Part shown: positions 13,051 through 24,560 of the stretch, piece after piece
How positions within the stretch are numbered: position 1 is the first letter of the stretch
How the letters are laid out: each line of letters opens with the position of its first letter
NCBI RefSeq assembly: GCF_009914755.1
Contig: NC_060926.1
Source of the DNA: the human T2T-CHM13v2.0 reference genome, Homo sapiens
Reading direction: 5' to 3' (one strand)
Length of the DNA stretch: 64,000 nucleotides
Made by a program: the position numbers and the translations under genes
The notes under the pieces: model-generated
Seen by the model: only the letters and a program-made list of their open reading frames with translations
Database searches by the model: none
Told to the model about the DNA's origin: nothing

Positions 13051-13228
13051 AGTCAGGCATCTGTGGTCTACAGATGGTTGTGGCTTTGCGCTTACTGGAA
13101 ATGTAGTGCTACAGGTTCCTTCTGGAACAATGCCAAAATCCGCAACTGCCTCGAAAGACTGGGTTGAAGCCTTAGAGATGGCAAGGTGAAGCCAGAGGGA
13201 TTAGAGGTATTGAGCTCGGGGAAGCATC
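13051..13228 (-). other. Candidate spliced exon, probably non-coding; alternative donor at 13096
   Basis: Minus strand: branch point CACTAAC (13260-13254), then cttttcataacatgtacttttttAG|G acceptor at 13229/13228; donors CCA|GTAAGC (13096) and ACT|GTAAGT (13051); locally more CpG than the flanks. Confidence 0.3.
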
Positions 13229-14169
13229 CTAAAAAAGTACATGTTATGAAAAGGTTAGTGGCCTTCGTCTGTGACTAAAACTCATACCTTTCTTAGAGCT
13301 CCAGTCCTTTTTCTAGTTATCCTGCACAGAGCATCACTATCCATACAAATAGTACTTCATACTTTAATTATTCCAAAATCCTTGTCACAATAAAGTAACT
13401 CAAATGATCATTGTTTCAAATATATTATCATACTTAGGGATACATTTTATTGATCAACATATCTTTTTATGTAGATTAAGATAATTTATAAGACCCAAAC
13501 ACATCCAAATCCTAAACATGGACAGTTTTCAGATCTGTATCCTTAGGAGAAATCATATCAATAGGCTGCAGTACCAGAAAATAAATTTATTTCACTGACA
13601 TTTTGCTTTTATTTTCCCATGGTGCAAATGAATAAACAAAACTAAGAAATTTTACAGATACATTCATTGCTGTGGTCTTGCCACAGCATAGATTAAATCA
13701 CAATAGATATATGTTTGAAACATTTGATTATGTCGTAGTGAATTTTGAGATGGAAAAGGAATACTTCTACTCTCAAAAAACAAAATTCCATGTCTTATGA
13801 AGTGGAGGTTTCAAAGTAAAATTAGATCAGTACAGTTTATATTTATTATTCAATGAAATAAAAAACAAGTGCCTACCTATCTCGAACAGTAGGAGAAAAG
13901 AGAAGATACAAAATTCGTGTCTGAGTTAACATTTTAAATCTCTGCAACATGTATTTAGTTTTTCTTTTTTACTCTCTTCTCTCATTGAAGCAGGACTATA
14001 TACATACAGCTAGGAGAAACATGTACAGTATATAGAGAGATAAACAGAAAGACATAGACAAAAAGAGCGGGAGAGGAGAGATGAAGGGAGAGAGAGTGCC
14101 CTGGGTGGGGTCTATGTTGTAATGTTATTAAAAATGAAAAATATAAAATTATTATAAAAAAGTAAAATT

Positions 14170-14449
14170 GGCCGGGTGCAGTGGCTCATGCCTGTCACCC
14201 TAGCACTTTGGGAGGCCGAGGCAGGTGAATCACGAGGTCAGGAGATTGAGACCATCCTGGCTAACATGGTGAAACCCCCATCTCTACTAAAAATACAAAA
14301 AATTAGCCGGGCGTAGTGGTGGGAGCCTGTAGTCCCAGCTACCAGGGAGGCTGAGGCCGAGATCATGCTACTGCACTAGAGCCTGGGCGACAGGGGTGAC
14401 AGAGCAAAACTCCGTCTCAAAAAAAATAAAAAAACAAAAAAAATAAAAA
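14170..14449 (+). mobile_element. AluY-like SINE with a 42-bp right-arm deletion
   Basis: ggccgggtgcagtggctca...gagaccatcctggctaac...tacaaaaaattagccgggcg; right arm jumps gctgagg|ccgagatc; A-rich tail. Confidence 0.9.
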
Positions 14450-14550
14450 TGTATATTGTTTTATTTTTACTTATAGTAGTACTTTATTTGAAAGCACATT
14501 TCCAGCTTGACATGTGGAACTTACCATTTATGACTTTTCATTTCACCTAT

Positions 14551-14697
14551 ACTATCCAGTGCCACAAACCATATGTGGAGATTTAAATTTAATGATTTAC
14601 ATAGAATAAAATTAAAAATTTAGTTTCTTCATCATACTAACATTTTAGGTGCTCAGTAGCTACATATGACTGGTGGCTCTAATATTGGACAGCAACA
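14551..14697. mobile_element. MER3-like hAT-Charlie MITE fragment
   Basis: gtgctcagtagctacatatgactggtggctctaatattggacagca resembles the MER3 terminus. Confidence 0.6.
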
Positions 14698-15294
14698 GGC
14701 AGCATTTGTAAAGACTATCTTAGATACCATAGAATTCCTTAATGCACCTTGAATTATTATGTTTAAAAGAAGTTCTTATATTTTTTTCTTGACAAACTTG
14801 AGAAACATTTTTAACTGTAGCAGAAAAAGAAAGAAAATTTTTTCAGTTAAAAAGAGAAAGCTTCACTCTAATATTCAGGTCTTCTTATACATTTGGTTAC
14901 CATAGCTCACAGAAGAGAGTACGTTCAAAGGAGAATTACTGCCTTGCTCACAATTGAACAAGTTATAAAAAAGCTCAAAGATAATAAACAAGAAGTTCTT
15001 GATGAACACAAATATTCTCCACTAATTAAAATTTAAAAAATGTGTTTATGCTTTAGAAATACCTGAAAACCTTCCATAATTTAAAAATTATTAAGCAGCA
15101 TTTGTATGTCATAAGACATTTGTAAATTTATCTCTTTTTCAATCTTTCAAATGCTATAGGAGTAGGACAATTAAAAAACTTAACTGACTGAATAAATCAA
15201 AACATTATTATGATCAATATAACATCACAAATCACTGTCACATTCTCATTAATTTTAGTAAGTGCATTTTAAAAACAATTATAGTTTGTATTTG

Positions 15295-15466
15295 TTGCAT
15301 ACCTACTATGTAGATGATCTCATTTAGACCTCATTACAACCCTATGTTTGTTAACTTTATTTTCTGATGGATAAGTCAAGGCTCAGAGCAGTTAGCTAGC
15401 TTGCTCAAGATGACATTTCTAGTAGTGCAGCTACGTTTTGAAATCTGGCAGATCATCTCCAAAGGT
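15295..15466 (-). mobile_element. MIR SINE relic
   Basis: cctcattacaaccctatg...aaggctcagagcagttagctagcttgctcaagatgaca resembles the MIR core on the reverse strand. Confidence 0.65.
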
Positions 15467-16635
15467 TCTACTTAAAAATTGCTACGATAATACTGATGTT
15501 TTGTTTATTCAACAGACATTTGAGCCTCTCTTTTATGTGTCTGTATGAGTGTGTATGTGAATGTGTATGTGTATATGTGTATATACATACCAAGCACTGT
15601 CCATTTCTTTTCTTCTCTAAAGATATAACAGAAAATGAAACACATACAGATACACACAAATACATACACATACCACACACAAATACATACACATACCACA
15701 CACACATTTTTAAAACTAAATTGAAGATGTACATTATATATTTTAATTTATAAGGATCATGTAGATATGAATTATGAAATTTAAAATTTTTCTAAAGGTA
15801 CATATTTAAAAGCACTTAGAACCATGTTTTAGTTCCAGCAATTAAATGGCTTAGTTAAAAAGAAATAACATTTTTTATATGTAGTTTTCTTTTAAAAGTA
15901 AAATCTGATCAAGTAATGAAGAAAGAGGTAGATGAAAAGCAAATGCTATAGGTTATCTTTTGCAATAATAATAAATACAACTTTGAATAAATACTTAATG
16001 ATAATTAATTACAAATATCTAATTTCACAACATGTCAGCTTTGCTAAAATTCTGTCGCGCAAAAGGGAATTCTTGACTCTAATCTGGAAGCCTTGTACCA
16101 AATATTTAGTATGCATATGACATGTTTGTGAAGACTTAACTACCTGAATAATGTATTTAATCAAGAAACTTAAATGCAATGTGTTTTTCAATGTCTGCTG
16201 ATTAGGAAAAAATATGATTAGCTCCCCAAAACTTAAAACTTAGTGCTAATAGTATGTATAATGTTCATTTAGAGTTTCAATTTAAGTCTTAAAATAAAAA
16301 TTAAATCTAAAACTTCAATATGATGTCTGTTTAATTCATGATACAGTCTTTCATCTTCATAAATAACAGTGAACAGTAAAAAAGAGATATCTTCAAATTA
16401 ATACAAATAACATAATTTTTTGTCATAATTCTTTGATAAATAAAATCCCTACTTGGAATGCCTCTTTTTCTTTTTCTCCTAAACTATGAAAGAAACCCTG
16501 ATAAATATAAAACTTTTAATATAAAACTATTATACAGTTTAAACTTGTTTGTTTAAATGTTTATTCTATACATTTCCCAGGACACTATTGTTGAGAAAGA
16601 AAGGGATTGCACATGAGAATTTGTAACATGCCCCA

Positions 16636-17167
16636 TGTGACGGTTAATATTAAGTGTCAACTTGATCAGGTTAAAGGATTCAAAATATTGTTTCTGGATG
16701 TGTCTGTGAGGGTGTTGCCAAAGGAGTCAGTGGAATGGGAGAGACAGATCCACCTTCAGTGTGGGTGGTCATCATCTAATCAGCTGCCAGCATGGCTAGA
16801 ATAAAGCAAGCAGAAGAAGTTGGAAGGGCCAGACTTTACGCATCTTCTGGCCTTCATTTTTCTCCTGTGCTGGATGCTTCCTGCCCTCGAACATTGGGCT
16901 CCAAGTTCTTCAGCTTTTGGACTCTTGGACTTAAACTAGTGGTTTGCCAGGGGCTCTCGGGCCCTTGTCCACCACTGAAGGCTGCACTGTTGGCTTCCCT
17001 ACTTTTGAGGTTTTGGGAGTACTGGCTTCCTTGCTCCTTAACTTTCAGACAGCCAATCATGGGACTTCACTTTGTGATCGTGTGAGTCAATTCTCCTTAA
17101 TAAATTCCCTTTCATATATATGTATATCCTATTAGTTCTGTCCCTCTAGAGAACCTTCACTAATATA
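16636..17167 (+). mobile_element. MLT2A2 (HERV-L) solo LTR
   Basis: tgtgacggttaatattaagtgtcaacttga ... ctctagagaaccttcactaatata; MLT2A2-type block ggtttgccaggggctctcgggcc; 5-bp TSD CCCCA at 16631-16635 and 17168-17172. Confidence 0.88.
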
Positions 17168-18005
17168 CCCCATCAGTTAGATTACTTGAATTCCAATTCA
17201 TTCTTCTCTCATTCCTAGAACATCTCTTCCTCCAACCAGTGCCAAGGATGAGGGACAGAAAACATTGCTGAAATAGTTTAAAATACATCACAATGTACAA
17301 TGATTCTCCTGCTCACTGATATAATTGCCATGGCTATTGTCAAGGTACTTAGGTATATTTCCCTCCAAGACAAACTTCCCTCCAAGACAAATAATTCTTT
17401 CTGAATGCTTTATTCATCCTTCAGAAAAGGAAAACTCACTTTTCAGTGTATACTTTAGAAAATCTGGCACAAGTCACTCCCCCAAAATAACTCTTCTGGT
17501 AGAGATCAGTCTTTCCTAATCTTTACCGTAGGGCTGCAGCTTTCTAGTTTGAGACATCATACTGTATTTCTTCAGAGAGATTTAGTATGAACCTCAGACA
17601 AACAAACATGAGTTCCAGGTAGCTTCTACTTCTTTCATCAGTTTTCCTAATTAATTATTTCTATCAAAACTTGCTGTATACATATTCTGTTCCAGGCACT
17701 GTGCCTCAAATATTAAATATAAAGATGAACCAAAGCTTATGAAACTTAAGCCAATGGGACATAAACAATAATCAAATAAAGACACAAGTGTCAGAGCACT
17801 TCTTTTTTAGGAGGTTTTGTAAGTGCTCCTCATTTATGAAAATTTTGCAGCACTTGCAAATTTCTGATCAATCTTCCCAGCATTGGATAGGAGGCAGAGA
17901 ACACAAAATCCCTAGTGACATCATTGATGTTATCTGGGATGTGGCATGCTTCCTCCCTTCGCTGTTCACACTATAGTGCCATCAATGTATTTAAAATCCA
18001 GCTGA

Positions 18006-18426
<421 letters not shown>

Positions 18427-18699
18427 TCATGACTTAGTGAATTCGGACTGGAAATTCACATAAGGAATCCTCTGCAGATAACAGCCATTGTGCAAATATA
18501 TTTCTCTCGGAGTACACAAGTAACTATTGAGATCTTCTGGAAATGGCTAGTAAAATCGTATCTTGCCATGCACATGATATTGAGATATCTACTTTCTGAA
18601 TTCAAAGGCAAAAATTCTTAGTCATTACTCTCAAAAGTGTCAGCACATTCAAGTGATTATGTGTTCTATGAAGTAACCAATACATAGGTTTTTAATATG

Positions 18700-18845
18700 T
18701 TTCACAGCTACTGTATGCAATCACAGACAAGCCACCTCAACAGTTTGTACTTTCATTTTCTCATTCATAAAACAAAGATAACATTTTGTAAAATAACATA
18801 ATCGATGTAAAACATTGAAAGCACTGCCTGGCACATGATACATAC
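18700..18845 (+). mobile_element. MIR SINE relic
   Basis: ttttctcattcataaaacaaagataa...gtaaaacattgaaagcactgcctggcacat. Confidence 0.55.
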
Positions 18846-19679
18846 ATATGAAATTATGTTGTTTGGTTGATATTAACTATATATTAATTGATACATAACA
18901 AAAATGATGTACACCAGTTCTAGGATTTGGCTGCTATGGATAGGTTTTATGTATGATACATGAATTGAAATTTATTTTTATAGAAACACAACTTTTAAAA
19001 TCTCAGAAAGGCCTCTATATATGTCAGATATTTAACAAGCCACTTAAAAATATGTTTTTTACAATATTGACTGTATTATCACAATACATGTGGGGAGGAT
19101 AACACATAAACCATTGCTTTTCACACATTCTCACTCACAGCTACCATTTCCAGGAAATTACTACCTTAAATTTTGAGCTCTATGTACTTCTTTTCATTTC
19201 CCTTACCTAGAATTTCCTAATGTAGTGCCTAAAACTTCTCAAAAAAATCAGCGCCACCCTAGACTACCATAGAGGCATTATGAAAAACATCATGGACATG
19301 ATGCAAAACATTAAGAAAAACAACAGTGACATGTTCTCAGCATCTACACAGCCCCCTCACACAAGTTTCCTTAATATTTGTCACATGGCCACTATTTCCT
19401 GTCATATAACAGACATTAGCAATATAAAGATAAATACATCTCTCCCTTGCTGGACTCATCATCCACCAGGAAGATACATATGATAAGGCATCTATGATAA
19501 ATAGAGGTAAGTCCTATTAGCATCGCAACGAAGGGTACAGAATGAAACATAAGTTCAACTGATTGAGTCAGTTCCCTTCATAATGAAATAACATTGGAGA
19601 TGTGCTCCAAAGGGGACATGTTGAAGGGAGAATATTTCAGGAAGAAAGACCAGCCCAGTAAAAGTAAAACTATGTAGGG

Positions 19680-19830
19680 TGTAGTTCCAGCTACTAAGAA
19701 GGCTGAGGCAATAAGATTATTTGAGACCAGGAATTCAGGACTTTATTGCATTATTTTCTTGCCTGTGCATGGCCACTGCACTCCAACCTGGGCAAAATAG
19801 AAAAACCTTGTATCTAAAAAAAACAAAAAC
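19680..19830 (+). mobile_element. FAM (fossil Alu monomer), 5' truncated
   Basis: tgtagttccagctactaagaaggctgaggc...gcctgtgcatggccactgcactccaacctgggcaaaatag retains the FAM-specific GCCTGTGAATAGCCACTGCACTCC segment. Confidence 0.75.
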
Positions 19831-20764
19831 CTACAAACAACAACATCAAAGATGTAAAAATGTGTGTTGTAATCGGGGGAACACTGAACAATTCATTTCG
19901 ACTCGGTGTAGAGCACCTGGCAGAAGGCACAGGCAATGAGATTGCAGGGAAAGTTCCAGTCAAGTGTTAATAAGGAAAGGGCAATATTTGCACACACACA
20001 AAAAAACAGATCTTAGTAGAATTAATATACCATAGCAGAGCTAGCATGAGGTAAGGAGGGACGTATAAAAATTACAAAGAAAACAGTTGCGAAAATTACA
20101 CATGGATAAACTAATGGTGGGCATTGACATGAAAAATGGATGGATTAATGGGAGAGAATTGGAGAATGATTTTACTAGATATGGCGACTGATTCCAACTT
20201 GGAAGAGAAAAAGAGAGATGAGCATAAGAAAAATTAGAAGTGTCACAGATTGAAATAATTTGGAATGAAAATTTAGTTCTACAAGTCGCACATAATAGGT
20301 AAAACCTGCATAGTCACAGCTCAGATAATGCACAATAACACTATTTAACTAATACCTCTGAATTTGTTTTATGTGGCCTATTTTCATTTTGCAGCAGAAA
20401 ACAGCTTTCAGATATCCTAGTTCATTCTGACTAAAATAATAATATATTTTAGGTCAATGGTCTATTAAATTCTGGTTCAATTAGCTCAGACAATGTCAGA
20501 ACACCTTTCATCTTCTTTATTCAAACATTTTTATCTCCCCTGTATATTAGTTCTGTTTCTATTTTTATGGGGTTTATATGTTTGTATCTCTAAGATATTA
20601 GGAAGTGTAGGAAGAATGGATTAGCATACAGACGTATAGGTTTTTGGGAAATTTAAACACATAGTACTTCTGTTTACACAACCTAAAGCTTAAAAATTGA
20701 ATCCACATGAAAGTTGTCTCCAGAGGAAACCTGAAGTGAAAATTGTCACCAGTCACCAAGCCAG

Positions 20765-20975
20765 ACTGGTGCAGGAGCAACTTACATGGGCTTATTGGGG
20801 CCAGTTATGTGAAATTCTTCACTTTTCCCTGTTTATTGACTTCATATTCATAGCTTGAAATTAGCCATGGTGGGCATATTTACACTGAGAAAATTTTACC
20901 AAATGCTACAAGTAAGATTTCCCTCCCCTCCACCCCTAGAACAGGCTATTAAACATTTACTAGCTTCATCTAACT
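20765..20975 (+). mobile_element. MER63A-like hAT-Blackjack MITE
   Basis: tagcttgaaattagccatggtgggcatatttacac...aaatgctacaa...ttaaacatttactagc resembles MER63. Confidence 0.7.
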
Positions 20976-23820
20976 ATTCTTCCTGGCCATTTCTCCATTT
21001 TTCTTCCTCCAGAACTCAACAGTGACAAGCATGTTTGTGGTATTTGTACTCAGAAAACTCCCAGTTTTTAAGTGGGTGTAAGTTTTCTCAATTCATCAGT
21101 AATTTCCAAATCCCTGGAATGTTTTCTTATCATTCCAGTGTTCTCTTTCATCAGGAAATGATTAGTGAAAGGGGAGAAGATAAATTTTCCTTCAACATGT
21201 CCATCACAGAATGGGTCTCTTCATGAAAGCTTCATGGCAAAAGCCAGAGCAGTAGTTCTGAATCTGCCAAACCATGTTCTTTGATGATGCCCTGACCTGC
21301 ACTTGCCCTTAACTGTGCTGTCCATGAGAAAAAAAAAATCCATTCTTCTCTTTTGGCCTTAAATATAATTTATGTTTGATCTGATGATGAGAAATGTCAT
21401 GGAAATCTAAGATTAAGTTCTGCATACAAAATTTATTGTATTTCTTAGTCTATCATACCTAACAGTATTACAACTTAAAATTTTATAAAAACACAGTAAT
21501 AAAATCACAAAAATGTTTAGCACTTTGAGTATGTAAAAAATGTTTTATATTTTATTTTTCAATGGCACTTAATGAGTAGTGTATGTCAACTATGTGTTAG
21601 GTACTACGTTGTATGAGCAGTGACTTTAAGGGCCTCACTGTTCAGTGAGGAAGACAAAATTTAACTACTCGAAGTTTAGAAATAAAAAAAAATTATCAAA
21701 AGAAAAAATCATTGAGAAGTTGAATGGATTAAAATAGCTATTTGGAAAATAAAGGAAAGCAGGTAGAATATGAATTATGATTCAGGGAAGCATAAGGAAG
21801 GGAATTTGTAAATATGCGAGAGATAATGTGGACTGGTGATGGTCAAAACAAATGGGAGAATACAGGGAATTGGGGAAAAGGGTTACAAAGAGATAGAGGT
21901 CAAAGTTTACAAAGTTTCTTGAAATGCAGTGACTATAGGGCTTGATAGGAAGTATAAAAGCGATATAAATTATTAAGTGGCAGTGGCATCATGAAAGGAG
22001 CTGTTAGTAGAAATATTTCTTCCCCACTCCTGATGTTGTCTTCTACGCGGAAGGCCTCTTCTTGTCCCTCACTCTTTTTGTCCCAGGAGTCCCAGAGTTT
22101 AACTGATTGGTAAACTGAAAAATAATATTTAAGTTTCCCGCCCACATTAATAAGCCTGCCTTTAACTTCCCCCTGGTCCTCCTGGATGAAGCCACTTCCC
22201 TGGGGTCTGGGCCAGTTTAGAACTTCCTCTGCTTTAGGTTGATAAGTTTGCCAAATTCTTGGGTTTGGGTATCAGTCATATTTAATTAGATTCCTCAACA
22301 TTGTCTTTATTGGTATATTGATATTTTGTCATCCAATTTGCTTTATGTTTTTGTCTTATTTTTTAATTTGTTGAGAATTTGAGAAGAGAAAAAGGGTGTC
22401 TTTATCAGACCAGTTAACAGACTCTCACATGAGTATGTCAGGAAAAATAGTCTGGTAAATTGGTAAATTGAGCCAAGTATGGAATGGAGGGTAAAGATGC
22501 AGCTAAGCAGCTAATTAAAAAGAGATTTCAGTGTTCAGTCATATGTGAAATAGAACAAGGTGTGGCTTTAAAAATATAGATGAAAAGTACATTTCCCAGA
22601 AAAGAGAAAGAGAAATTCTAATGTGTAAAAAATAAAGAATATGTAGAATTTAGATAATCAAAGATATAGCTTTGTGCACTTGAAGAGTAGCAGTTCATTA
22701 AAGAACAGTTTGGTCTCAAAAGTTTTTTTTTTCTTTTTTTTTTGTACATATGTCTTCACTTATTTAAAAATATGTTCTTGGTTGAGGCTTATGATTTTTA
22801 ATCATGCATTAAAATTTATCATGTCCAACTATAATGAGATGTTTTCAAAACAAGTTAATCAACATTTGCATTTCCACCATTAGCTTACTTCTTAATTGTG
22901 GTTCTAATCAAAACTGAATAAACTTTACCAAAGAAGAAAATTTACAGTCTTTACATATACTGAAAGATACAGAGGAGTCTGCTAATTAAGTTATAACAAC
23001 TTTTCCCAAGTTTACATTTGTATCACAGAAAGAAATAGAGGGGAGGAAAGCAGGATAGAAAATCTAATAAAACTAGTTTCTCCCCAGTCAAAAAAAAAAC
23101 AAAAAAACATGCCTGGGCAAATTTGTAACTTGAGTTCCAGTTCATGAAATGTGTTGCAGTAGGCCAGTCATATTTCATCTGGGAGGTCTAGAATTGCAGT
23201 TTCAAATAAGGTGTGGAGGTTTGTAAGTCAAGAGAGAAGAATGCTGTACTTCATAGTGGCTCACACTGGTAGTTATTTTATGAAACGAGGTTTATAACGT
23301 TAGCAATGAAAAGGTGAATTATCCAAATCACCTAGTTGTTTCCCTCTAGTATTACCTTCAATAAGTGTTTAAATCATTCAGATAGGCTTTACCGTGTCAA
23401 CAGAATCATTAAGATCAATAAAAACAGTAATAATAAAAATAATGATATTCAAAATGACATTATTTAATTATAGATTACTACGTCAGATATTTTTTCTAAG
23501 CAATATTGTTGATTTTAACTACATCTATTTTGAATCTCTTAAACAATAGGTATACATTGTGTGTTTGTGTGGGGGTATGCACAGGCATATGCAGTAAGTG
23601 TTTGAAAGTCTTTCTCCTCCAGTAAAACAATGATAAAAATTTTTGAATTTGATGAAGCTGCTATTAGCATAATAACTGGACAAAAATATAGATATAGTTA
23701 TGTTAAGACATTTATGTATAACTCTTTTTCATGCTATTATACTTTTTAATAAATTCAGAAGAAATAGAGGTGTTTAGCTTTCATAAGAAGTACTCTATAC
23801 CTTTTAAATTTGTAAAAACT

Positions 23821-23860
23821 GTCTACGGCCATGCCACCCTGAATGCGTCCACACTTATCT
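23821..23860 (+). pseudogene. 5S rRNA retropseudogene covering nt 1-40 only (tailless)
   Basis: gtctacggccatgccaccctgaatgcgtcc matches the 5S 5' end GTCTACGGCCATACCACCCTGAACGCGCCC at 27/30. Flanked by an imperfect 15-bp TSD aaatttgtaaaaact (23806-23820) / aagtttataaaaact (23861-23875). Confidence 0.85.
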
Positions 23861-24359
23861 AAGTTTATAAAAACTTACATGACTGCAGTGGTTAGCTAAT
23901 GACATGAGTAAGTAAATGAACTCTGTGAAGATTAGGAAGGGCCAAGATGAAATGGGAGAGATTGAATTACAAATTAACAAACTGAAAGAAAAACTCAAGT
24001 TGCAAAAAGATAGTCTCAGAGACAGCAGTAACACCTTCTGGCTATAGTCTATTTTCATCTTTCTCATCCTAGTGTTATCAAGAGAAAAACAGTCTTAGAT
24101 GCAACATAAAAATTTCAGAGACAGAAGAAATCTTCCTTTGAGGGCAGGTAAGCCAATTAATATTCTGCTTTGTAACAGATTATATATCCCAGTCAAAATA
24201 GAAATCAATGACTTGTAATGTTTTATGTTTGTTTATTTTTTGTAAATATAGAAGCATAAGTTATCATTATCCAAAAGTCCCATAGATGCAAGAAACCAAA
24301 TCAAAATATACCAGAATTAAAAGGGTGTAAACAAAAAACTGACACTTCATAATATCGAT

Positions 24360-24560
24360 TAGAGGTACAGACTCTGGAGCCAGACTAAAGATTAAATCAT
24401 GTCTCTGAACTACTGGGCTGAATAACCTTAAGCAAGTTACTTAACCTCTCAGTTCCTCCATTTCATCATCTAGAAAATAGGAATAATCACAGTACATACT
24501 TTATAATGAGGGATATAGTGAGGGATAATGAGGATTAAACGTGTACCAATAATACTATCA
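24360..24560 (+). mobile_element. MIR SINE relic
   Basis: agactctggagccagact...accttaagcaagttacttaacctctcagttcctccatttcatcatctagaaaataggaataat. Confidence 0.8.

Noticed and set aside
13229-13292. Minus-strand donor GAAAG|GTATGA just upstream of the candidate exon
   Set aside because: It would define an intron of only about 59 nt, below the usual minimum for human introns.
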